Source: Callorhinchus milii (Eukaryota). From it: 64,000 nucleotides of DNA. Shown here piece by piece: positions 13,560-24,700 of the stretch. A model generated the notes under the pieces. It ran no database searches, was not told where the DNA came from, and saw nothing but the letters and a program-made list of their open reading frames with translations. A program made the translations under genes and the position numbers. Every line of letters begins with the position of its first letter. Positions within the stretch are counted from its first letter, which is position 1. The DNA is taken from positions 57,724,001 through 57,788,000 of the forward strand of contig NW_024704742.1 of assembly GCF_018977255.1 (NCBI RefSeq). Direction: 5' to 3'.

Positions 13560-16080
13560 ACTCCCCTCTGTTTCTTTTAACAACTATTTTAAATCGGTGC
13601 CCTCGGGTTACTGACCCACCCACCAGTGGAAATAGTTTCTCCTCATTCACCCTATTGAATCCCTTCATAATTTTGACCTGGCGACTCCCTACCAACCTGC
13701 CTGCTCCCTCCGTTCAGCGGGCTCTGGCCTGCTCCATGTCTCCCGCCCGACCCGCCCTACCATCAGTAGCCGAGTTTTCAACCTCTCTGCCCCCACACTC
13801 TGGAACTCCATCCCACAGTCCCTTCACCTCGCTTCCTCCCTTGCCTCCTTCAAGTCTCCTCTTAACCTTCTCTGCTCCAAGGAGAATAATCCTAGCTTCT
13901 CTCATCTCTCTCTATAACTGAAGTCCCTCGTTCCTGGTACTATCCTGGTAAATCTCCTTTGCCACGGTCTCCAAAGCCTTGACATCTTTCCTGAAGTGTG
14001 ATGAACTGAACACAGTCTCTAGCTGAGGCCTAACCAGGTTCATCATAACTTCCTGACTTTTGTATTCTATACCCCTACTTATAAAGCCTAGTAACCTGTA
14101 TGCTTTTTTAACAGCTTCATCTACATGTGTTGCCACCTTCAAAGATATATGAACCCCCAGGTCTCTCTGTTCTTTCACTGGTTTTAAAATTGTACCATCT
14201 AGCTTATATTGCGTCTCTTTATTCTTCCTCCTAAAATGCATCACTTCACATTTCTCCACATCAAACGTCATCTGCCACGTGTCTGCCCATTTTACCTGTT
14301 TATCGATGTTCTTTTGCAGTCTACTACTATCCTCCTCACTGTTTACTACTCTTCCTAGTTTAATATCATCTGCAAACGTGGAAATTGTACTCCCTATTCC
14401 CAAATCCGGGTCATTTATATAGATCAAAAACAGCAGTGGTCCCAATACTGACCCCTGGGGGACACCACTGCACACATCCCTCCAATCAGAAAAACAACCG
14501 TTCACCACCACTCTCTGTTTTCTGTATCCCAGTCAGTTCTGTATCCATGCTGCCACTGTCCATTTAATACCGTGAGCTTCTATTTTGCTTAAAATTGGCG
14601 ACATTGAAGGCTGTTTGACTCTATTCAGAGACAGAGAATCGAATTCAAGATCCTAGTCCTCACTTTCAAGGCCATCCATGGTCTTGCCCCCTCCTACGTC
14701 TCTGACCTGCTGACTCCCTACCAACCTGCCCGCTCCCTCCGTTCAGAGGGCTCTGGCCTGCTCCATGTCTCCTGCCTGACCCGCCCTACCATCGGTAGCC
14801 GATCTTTCAACCTCTTTGCCCCACACTCTGGAACTCCATCCCACGGTCCCTTTGCCTCGCTTCCTCCCTTGCCTCCTTCAAGGCCTGTCTCAAGACACTC
14901 CTCTTCGATTGTGCTTTCTGTCAGCTTCCCACCTCTCTGCCTTCCCTTACCACTACCCCACCCCTCCCCCATCCTCGGGTCCTGAACCCTGACTGTCCAG
15001 TGCCTTGGGACATCCACCCGACATGAAAGGTGCTCCATAAATGTAATTTTGTTGTTGTTGTTGCTTTCAAGTCTCTAATGTGGCACTTTATCAAACGCCT
15101 TTTGAAAATCCATATAAACTACATCAACTGCATTACCTCAGCCACCCTCTCCGTTACTTCATCAAAAAACTCTATCAGGTTTGTTAGAAATGATTTGCCT
15201 TTAATAAATCCATGCTGGCTGAACTTTATTACTCCATATTTTTAATTCTGTCATGGATTATAGTCTCTAGAAGTCTCTCAACTACTGACATTAGGCTGAC
15301 TGGCCTGTACTTCCTGGGTTTATCCTTCTGCCCCTTTTTCTATATTAATAGTAATATTTGCAACCCTCCAGTCCTCTGTGGTGTCCAAGAAGGATTAAAA
15401 GATTGTGGCCAGATACTCCACTATTTCCACCCTTACTTCCCTCAGTAACCTAGGATGCATCCTTTCTGAACTGGGTGACTTACTTACCTTGAGCACCAAC
15501 AAACTTTTTAGTACCTCCTCTCTGTTTATTCTTATCCTATCCAATTTCTCTACCTTCTCCTCTGATACTGTGCAGTGGCTGCATCCTCTTCTTTTGTGAA
15601 GACAGATGCAAAGTACTCATTCAGTACGTGAGCCATGCCCTCTACCTCTTCTTTGGTCCCTAATTGGCCCCTCCCTACCTTTGATTAACCTTTAATTATT
15701 CACATGCTTATAAAATACCTTATGTTTATGTTACCCGCTAAGCTTTTCTCATACAATCTCTTTGCCCCTCTTATTTCCTTTCTTAGTTCTCCTCTGTACT
15801 TTCTTTATTCTATTTGATTATCTGCTGTATTTTGGACATGACATTTATCCTTTTTGTGTTTTATTTTAATCCCAATTTCCTTAGTCATCCAGGGAGTTTT
15901 GGATGCCCTACCTTTCCTCTTTGTGGGAATGCATTTGTTCTGTCCCCAAATTATTTCCTCCTTAAAGGCTTCCCATTGCTCGTTAGTTGTTTTTCCTGAG
16001 TCTTTCTTTCCAGTCCACCTCGTCTAGGTCCCTTTTTAACTAATTGAAATGAGCCCTCTTCCAGTTGAGTATCTTTACCT
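13560..16080 (-). mobile_element. CR1 LINE fragment (RT) with nested L2 pieces at about 13675-13860 and 14630-15062
   Basis: [35 protein letters not shown] and LVRPQLE are CR1-type RT motifs. Confidence 0.88.
14630..15062 (+). mobile_element. L2 3' fragment inserted into CR1
   Basis: (TTG)n tail; apparent target-site duplication ttgctt at 14585-14590 and 15061-15066. Confidence 0.85.
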
Positions 16081-17109
16081 GTGCAGCTTCCCGTGAGTTT
16101 CTGGATAACCAGAGCCAGGCTGATCCTCTCTTCACTAACCTAGCGAAAGTGAGGCTAACTGTATTCCTGGCTAAGATCAGCCAACTCAGGACTGATTAAG
16201 ATTTGAATGTGCAACCCTCTGGAGTGGAATTGAAAGTTTTTTTTGTGTTGCACATTCTCTTATATTTTTAAACACCAGGGTCTGAATGACTTAGGCAAAA
16301 TGCTTGTCAACATGCAACCTTCTTCCTTCATCATTTTGTGACATATCTATCATTCAAAACTGCTTGAAGAATTGACTCTCCATCAGTGTCTGACTCTGGA
16401 TTCTGTGGAAACATTCTGACTTTTATTGTTTAGTCGATTCACAACAGCAAAAGCAACAATTGCACATGTAAGATTACATGGTTATATAATAATCCTTGCA
16501 TTAGATTTAGGGCCTTATCAAGTCATCAGGACTTCTCAAAGCACTTCACAGAATATACTGTAAAATGATTAATTGTACATTTTGTGGGTGAAACCTATCA
16601 GCCAATCACACATAGCAGTGTCCCACAAGCAGTCGTAGATTGAGTGACCAACATTTTTTTGGGAGGGATAGTTGTTTATACGTAGTCATTTAGGGCTTAA
16701 TTTTTGGCTGCCATACCTTTCTCAATGGTTAGGGAAGTTCTGTACAATCCTGCAAAGGAGACAAACAACATAATTAATTACTGGACTGCACTGCCAGACA
16801 AGGATGCAAACTGCTTTTGGCTTTAGTGTTAGTTTATCTTTTGGCAGCTCCCATGGGGAGCATGCAGAATCCAGCACTTTAGGGATATCTCTGAATGCTT
16901 TTGAAGCAAAAGCACTGCATTGTTTACTTTCTCGTACTATTGGCAAAGTCAAGGTTGCTGTTAGAGTGAAGGCTGCTATTCAGATCAATACTACAAAAAT
17001 AAGTGCATAAAAGAACTTAATTTAATACAGAAACGAAAAAAAAATCAAATCAACAATGAAATTAATGACCTATTTTTACCTGGCGATTGAATAAGTACCA
17101 TGGAATCTT

Positions 17110-17330
17110 TAGTATCCACCCGAACAGGCAAATGCGACCTTAGATTAATATCTTATCTGAAGAACCGTATCTCCAACAATCCAGCAACCCTCAACATTGT
17201 ATTGCATTTCATCTTAGACTATATGAGTTTTATTATTATTATTTTAGTATTTCAAGTCCTGACATGGAGTTTGATCCCACAACCTTCTGACACAGAGATG
17301 AGAGCGCTATTAGATGAGCCAGGCTGACAC
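17110..17330 (-). mobile_element. Ancient tRNA-headed SINE fragment (similar copies at about 41825-42150 + and 47185-47360 -)
   Basis: Shared cccacaaccttctgac head and diverged core; resembles DeuSINE/SacSINE1-type elements from memory. Confidence 0.5.
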
Positions 17331-17739
17331 AATCAATGAGTGGATGGTGACCTACCTTGTAATGCTCTCCCATGCCTCATAGGAGTGGCATCCTGAATAA
17401 ACAACAGTGTACATTTACATCAGTGGTCGCCAATCCCTTTGGTTGGCCAACAAAATAAATGTTTCTTGATTTATGGCATAAATCTATGCTGTTTATTTCT
17501 ATGATTATTTTGTTGCCCAACCCAAAAGTTGCCACCACTGATTTACAAACAGCCCTTCACACAGAATGTTTCAAAACCCTTTATAGACACAGAGGTAGAG
17601 CCCAAGCAAGGTGGAAGATGGTCAATAATAATAATTATAATCCTTGCATTTGACACAGCACCTTATCATGTCGTTGAGGCTTCTTAAAGTGCTTCACAGG
17701 ATATACTGTAAAATGGAGTGTGTGTATTTTGTGGGCGAA

Positions 17740-19960
17740 ACAACAACAACAACAACTGGGATTTATATAGCGCCCTCTACGCCAGACGGCATCTCAGGGC
17801 CAAGCCAGGGGGAGGGGAGGAAGGTAACCAAAGGCGCGGTCAAAAAGAAATGTCTTCAGCAGAGACCTGAAAATAGGAAAGAGGGAGCGAGACGAAGGGA
17901 GTGAGGAAGGGAGTTCCAGAACCTTGGGGCATAGTGGACAGGAAAGAGGGACTGGTTGATGACGTCAACCAGTAGTGGGCAGAGAAGGGAGAGCTGGATA
18001 ACCAGCAAGTTGGTGGGAAGGGTTCGAGGTAGCAGGTGGTGGCTTTCATGGAGATGATGGTGGGTGAGAAGGAGGAGGGAGAGATGGGGAGGAAGAAATA
18101 TAGGATGGGGGTGGTGGTAGGAGCAAATGATGGAGAGGGTGAGGGGGACAGAGAGGGCTTGGTGGTGGGTGACAAGAGGCAGGTGGATGAGGCTCCCTGG
18201 CGGATGTTATGTATTTTAGATGAAAAGAAGTCCATGACCTCCTCGCACTTGGCATTTGATATGAAGATTGAGGAGGTCTGAGGGGGTCACGGAGGAAGTA
18301 GTGTGTGGTGGAAAAAAGGATTTTGGGGTTGTGTTTAGCCTCCAAGATGATGTTGGAGTAGAAGGCCGTTTTTGCCCATGTCAAAGAATGACGGTAGCTG
18401 TGGAGATGGTTGAGCCACAGTTGGTGGTGAACTGTCAGGCCAGGTTTTCGCCATCTGCGCAAGCAGCCGAGTTTGTTTTTTTGGTGGTGGATATGGTTGT
18501 TGTATTAGGGGGATCGGGTGCGTTTGGAGATGGTCCTGGGTTTTAGGGAGACGAGAGAGTTGAAGGCGGAGAAGTGATCATGGAGCAGCTGGATGGCTAA
18601 TTCAGGATCTCTGCGGGTGGAGGGCCAGAGGGATAGGATATTTGATGATGTGAGGGCTTTTGTGAGGGTCTCAGGGGGTAGCCTTTTCCAAGGGTGGTAG
18701 AGGACGGTTGAGGACTTGGTGGAGGAGAGAGGGATGTGAGAGGAGAAGAAGATGAGGAAGTGGTCCGAGATGGCCTTGTCCACTATGCTGAGGTCGGAAA
18801 TGTCGAGGCCATGGGTGATAACAAGGTCAAAGGCATGATCATGGTTGTGGGTAGGTGAATTTATATGAAGGATGAGGTATAGGGAGGAGAGGAGGGCAGT
18901 GAAGTCAGCAGAAATAGTGCAAGGGGAGTTTCGGTGAAGGTTGAAATCGCCCATTTTGAGCAGGCGTTCGGAGCAGAGGGACAAGAAAGAGAGGAGAGTA
19001 GAGATGTCTGTGTGGAAGGAGCCGGGGGGCTTATGGGGGCGGTACACAAGGAGGATTTTCAATGGGAGGAGAGGGGTGAGATGCTCGAAGGAGGGGAAGC
19101 AGCCAGAGGAGTAGGGGGTAAGACTAAGAGAGGCTTTGGAAATGAGGGCCACGCCGCCACCACGTTGGTTTGGAAGGTGTAGCCTGGAGGGGAGACTTCC
19201 ACTAGGGGGACGGGGTCATTGGGGGAGAGCCAGGTTTCGGTGAGCCCAAGAATGTCAAGGTGCTCGTCCAGGATGAGGTCGTGGATGGTGAGGGATTTGT
19301 TTGAGAGGGAATGGACATTTTGGAGGGAAATACGGGTGAGTTTGCTGGAGGGAGGGGAGGGAGGAGAGAGAGGAGAGAGTGATACGGAGAGGATTTTGGG
19401 ATGTACAGGAGATGGTTGTAGAGAGTGGTGTGAGTGGAGAGTTGGGGAGGGTATGTATGAGGGAGGGCAATTTGGGTTTGCCTTAAGGAGGCGGTTTGAG
19501 CGGAGGCAATGAATGATTGGACACGTGGGGTTGCTGCTCTGGGACAGCCAGTGCCGGGAGCCATGATGGGCCCGGCGGAGGATGCCCAGGATGGAGCAAA
19601 GAGAAGTGGTGATGGGGTCAAGGAGAGAGAGGTGGTGAGGGCGGTGGGAAGGACAGAGGGGAGTGGCGGATAGAAGGGGTGGGAGGAGAGACTTTTAGAG
19701 TGGAGTAGGAGAGGGAGGCTCGGGAGCCAAAACGCGCACGCAGAGACCGGGAGCAAGCGATCAGCGGGACGGCATCAGCCCGCAGGCTGTGTGGTCATGG
19801 CTGGGATGGGAGTGGCAGCGGTTGCCAGGCCGTCGTTGTTGTTGTTGTTGGTTTTTTAACTATGACGTCACGCCGATGTCACTTTGTGAATCGTGCCACT
19901 CCGTCACTTCCCTCCCCCCCGCGCTCTCCTGACTCCCCTCCCGCCTGAGTGGCTCAGTCA
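17740..19960 (-). mobile_element. Internally deleted L2 (5' region and APE joined to the 3' tail; RT missing)
   Basis: VYRP, MGDFN, DLVIT and SDHF APE motifs in 18505-19152; jump to the 3' end near 17935; (CAA)n tail at about 17740. Confidence 0.8.
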
Positions 19961-20290
19961 CAGAAACACAGCAGCTAAAGGCACAGTCTTAAGAACTACT
20001 AATATTCAGGAGCAGGTCATATTGTACTTTCTTGATAGATGGAAAGAATGAACAAAGAGGAAGGAGATGTGCTTACATATGCCAAGGTAGATGCTGGTGC
20101 TATTGGTTGTAGTTCAGCTGTAGAGGCAGGTGAAAAAATGTTGCTGTTTTGGAGCACAGTTGTCTGGATAGTGGAAGGCCTAAGACCTGACAACCTGGCA
20201 GAGAACCAGCAGCTTAAACAAAGAAGCAAGATTTTAAAAAGGTGTTTTTGAGTAACATGCATTTACTTATTTCCACACTGCAGTGTCAAC

Positions 20291-20350
20291 TTTATTAAAA
20301 AAATCTATATGAAACTATTTAATTGTGTAGTGAGACAGTGATACTTTATT
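20291..20350 (-). terminator. Candidate polyadenylation signals of the OCTN-like gene
   Basis: Two minus-strand AATAAA hexamers (20345-20350 and 20291-20296) about 1.3 kb past the stop codon; no transcript evidence. Confidence 0.35.
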
Positions 20351-20654
20351 TTGTTATATTTTTCTCACTTATCTTATAATAATACTTGCATTTTATATAG
20401 TGCCTTATCATGTCTTTGAGACGTCTCAAAGTGCTTCACAGACTATACTGTAAAGTGTACTGGCTGTGTATTTTGTAGGAGAAACTTGACTGCCTTACAT
20501 CTTCAGCAAATGAAATGTAAGGCAACCCACGAATAAGTTTTGTAGATCCCTGAGATGTTGAACCCACAACAGTAATAAGAAACTGGTTGCAAACTGCAGA
20601 TTTGTTACTCAGGTAATGCTTTTGTTTTCCCTTTTGAGCAGCATTAATAGTATA

Positions 20655-21605
20655 CAGGGCTCTGTCCTCGGTCCCCTGCTCTTCGAACTCCACATGCTCC
20701 CCTTTGGTGATATCATCCGCAGACATGGGGTCAACTTCCACATGTTTCCAACTCTATCTTTCTGCCTCCACCCTCGATTCCAGGACAATTGATATCCTGA
20801 CAGACTATCCGCCTGACCTCAAGTCATGGATGAGAGCCAACTTTCTATAGCTGAATGTCAGCCAGACTGAGGCCCTCCTGATTGGCTTGTGCTTGCACCT
20901 CAGCACCTCAGGCACTGGCAGTATCAGCATCCACAGATGCGCACTCCACTTCACCAAACCAGTCAGGAACCTAGGCCTCTTGTTCAACCCTCAACTGTCC
21001 TTTCTCCCCCCTATCTGTGCTATGACCTTCTCTGCCTTCCCCCACCTCCACAACTTTGCCCGACTCCGCCACTGCCTCATTCCTTAGGCCGCCGATACCC
21101 TCAAACACGTATTCGTCACCTCAAGGCTCGACTCCTTGTAATCCTCCCCACGCTTCCCTCCACAAGCTGCAGATCATCCTGAACTCTGCAGCTCGTGTCC
21201 TCTCCCGCGCCCGGCTTTGTGACCCCATCACCCCCACCCTCCACTGGCTTCACTGGCTCCCCGACCCTCAGAGGATAGAATTCAAAATCTTCATCCTCAC
21301 TTTCAAGGCCCTCCAAGGCCTTGCCCCTTCCTACCTCTCTGACCTGCTGACCCCCTATCAACCTGTCCGCTCCCTCCGTTCAGCAGGCTCTGACCTGCTC
21401 CATGTCTCCCACCCGACCCGCCCTACCATCGGCGGCCAGGCTTTCAGCTTTTCTGCCCCCACTCATTGGAACTCCATCCACAGTCACTTCGCCTTGCTCC
21501 CTCTCTTGCCTCCTTCAAGGTATGACTCAAGACCCTCCTTTTTGACCATGCTTTCAGCCGCCGTGAAAAGCGCTTCACAAATGTAAGTTTGTCGTCGTTG
21601 TTGTT
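20655..21605 (+). mobile_element. L2 3' portion lying in the probable OCTN 3' UTR (antisense)
   Basis: LHKLQIILNSAAR, LHWLP, RIEFKI; tail ends about 50 bp from the stop codon. Confidence 0.88.
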
Positions 21606-21655
21606 GAATGTTAGTATTATTACGTATGTGAATTTTTCCTCAGTAAAAAGTGATT

Positions 21656-21749
21656 TTACTGATGAAACCTTGCATCTCTGCTAAATGCTAATGTTGGTCT
21701 TTGATCCATCATTCTTGTTACAGGCTTTCTATGATAATGCCACCCTAAA
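21656..21749 (-). CDS. SLC22A5: OCTN-like terminal coding exon 10
   Basis: Acceptor gttccag| is phase-compatible with exon 9. It encodes (C)[30 protein letters not shown], whose HRK..TRM..RPT pattern and length resemble the human OCTN2 tail as recalled. Confidence 0.8.
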
Positions 21750-24700
21750 CTGGAACACAACGTCTATAGGTCTCCTAAAATGGACAGATGAATAAAGGCA
21801 TCAACCAGTGGAGCACTATCAAAAGTTCAAATCTGTTCTGAATTATCTAATCTCAGCTGGGAAATTGGTGATACTTGGTGGGTGGGATTTCCTGTCACCT
21901 CAAGGGAATAATCCATTCACTTTACACATCCATCTTAAAGACTTGAATTTTAAATTTTTTTTTAAATAATTCTTATATTTGGTTTGTTTTTCAAGTTTAG
22001 CACTGACACATGCCATTCTTTAACCTAACTTAATTCACTGCAAGCCTTCTGTGATGCTCCCAGGTTTCAATGGAGCAGCAAAGGGAGATGCAGGGAGACA
22101 AAGACAAGCAAAGCCTCCAACAGCCAAAATGTAATTGAGTCTTAGCCTATAAGACTGTTTTAACTTAAAATTTAAGGTCTTGCAATCTTAATTTGGAAGC
22201 TAGTTTTCAGCAGTTCTTATAAACAGACTTCTTCCAAATGAGGACTGAATTCAATAATTTTCCACTATTTTGGAAAATTTTATATTTTATGATAAAATGG
22301 TGTAATTATGGACCTCTTGAATGCTGGCTCCAATTGGGAATTCAGCCAATTTATGGCAAGCTTTAAACCAATGCTGCAACAGCAAAAACAACAAAAAGAA
22401 GTTACATTTGTATAGGGCCTTTCACGTCGGGAGGACGTCCCAAGGTGCTGGACAGTGTACAACATTTCAGCCTAAGCTGGGGTCAGGGAGGGAGAAGGGA
22501 GGGGAGGGGAAGTGGTGTGGCCGATGGCATGGTCAAAGAGGAGGGTCTTGAGGCAAAACTTGAAGGAGGCTAAGGAGGGGGCGAGGCAGAGTGATTGGGC
22601 GATGAAATTCCAGAGGTTGGGGGCAGAGAGGCTGAAGGCTCTCCCGCCAATGGTGGGTCGGGGGATGTGGAGCAGGCTGGAGCTGGCTGAGCGGAGGGAG
22701 CGAGTGGGTTGGTAGGGGGTTAGGAGGTCGCAGAGGTAGGATAGGACGAGGCCATGGAGGGATTGTAGTTGAGGACCAGAATCTTGAATTGGACCTCTAA
22801 AGGATAGGGAGCCAATGGAATCGGGTGAGAGTGGGGGAGATGGGGTCATGGAGTTTGGTGCGGGAGAGGACACGGGCTGCAGAGTTCTGGATTATCTGCA
22901 GCCTGTGAAGGGAGGAGTTGGGAAGGCCGACAAACAGGATGTTTGCATAGTCGAGCCTGGAGGTGATGAAGGCATGAACAAGAGTTTCAGCGGCCTGAGG
23001 GGTGAGGTAGTGGCGGAGTCGGGCAATGTTACGGAACAGTGTGTGCAACTTCCACATACTGGGCTATCTGTTCAGAGGACTACTTAAATTGGGTCTTAAC
23101 CTGGAATACTTTTAGGATTAAATTTTTTCCCATGAAATATGTTTGCAGGTTTCAAAATACAAGTCAAAAGATGCACTGTGTGAGGGATTCAACACATAGT
23201 CTTCCCAACTATTATAACATTCAACTTTAAAAAATATTGACTTTGTTTTTTTCCCCTACAACGGCTTATTTTAGACAGGCCTTTGTTGAGTGCATGTCCC
23301 CTCTGAAAATATGTTTTGGTGCACTGTGTGAGGGATTCTAGTTATTTAGTTACCAAGACAAGGTAAAGTGTCTGTAATCTTCCGAAAACCTTTACGGAGG
23401 GTTCCAAGTCAATTGCTGAATGATATAAAGTAGGATGTGTAAGTAGTGCAGAACTTCTAAGAGTGGGAGTGTACTTAAACCATTGTTGACTAAGATTGTG
23501 AAGGGTTATTATAGGGTAAATGGTAATAGATTATTTGCTCTGGTCAGTGGTGCAGTAACAAGAGGCCATAAATTTAAAATAGTCACAAAATGAATTAAAA
23601 GGGAGATAATAAAGACGTTTTTTACAAAAGAATGTTTGGAATATGGACATCTCTACCCAAACTCTTGTTGAAGCAGAGCCCAACATTTCCATTAAAATGG
23701 AATTCAATGTTTAAAAAAGAATTTTGGAATTTTTAGCTAAGCATAATGTTGGGCCCTACAGCCGATTGTGTCAAAAAATAATCAGTGTTTTAAACCAGGT
23801 TTTACTGTAGGACTTCATTCTTTACAGACTAGCTCAGTCAGTCTCTCTTGTCTCTGGTTCAAGCCCAATGTCAGACTTGGAACGCCTATGGAATTGGAAC
23901 CATCTGAATATAAGCCAGAAAAATTATCAAGTTCAAGCTTCCAACCCAATATCAGAATATAGCGTGTATGGATTCCTCATGCCACAGACATACCAATTAA
24001 TTGACTGTGTTTGCTGTATCATCTCCGGGAGAGGGTGGTCTCGGGTTTCTGGTAGCATTAAGCTAAACATTCCAGCTGTTAACATCAGGGTGCCCATCAG
24101 CATGAAGGGCAACACTTCATCATACATTACTAAAAGTAAGAAAGAGACAACAAAATGCAACATACAGAAAATCTGCTTTCTGATATACATTATTCACAAA
24201 TAAATGAATGCAAGCATTATATACGATTATTCTAAATTCAAAACAATACATTACTTCATTTTTGATCAGCTGGGTGTCTGGCACATACAATACTTATAAT
24301 ATCCACCCACCCATAATTTGTCCTCATTAAGGTGAAACATGTCTCCGAGTATCAACAAAAAGCATTCCCTGCTCATGTGCTGAGCCGCTCCTATTTGTCT
24401 TAATTCATTTCAGAGGTTGTGTTGCAGTGTTCAAACTGAACATGGGGTTCACATAATTAAAAATTTGGTTTCAGTGTTCAGGACTGAGACATATTTTATT
24501 TTGAGACATGAATTCAGCAAAATTTGTGCAATTAACCATCAATGGAGTTTCAAAAATGCCCACCAAGGAAAACAGCAGGGTGAATTGTACCATGGGATAC
24601 AAGGTGCATCTCCTGCAGAGAACCCCATGTACATCTTACCAAAATGTAAGAACTTGCCTTTGCCCTCAGATCTATCAGAGACAGATAAGAGTCCATGTGA

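Noticed and set aside
16722..16952. Cys-containing 76-aa ORF as a cytokine exon
   Set aside because: It has a non-ATG start, no phase-0 acceptor linking it to the 20077 donor, and no recognisable motif.
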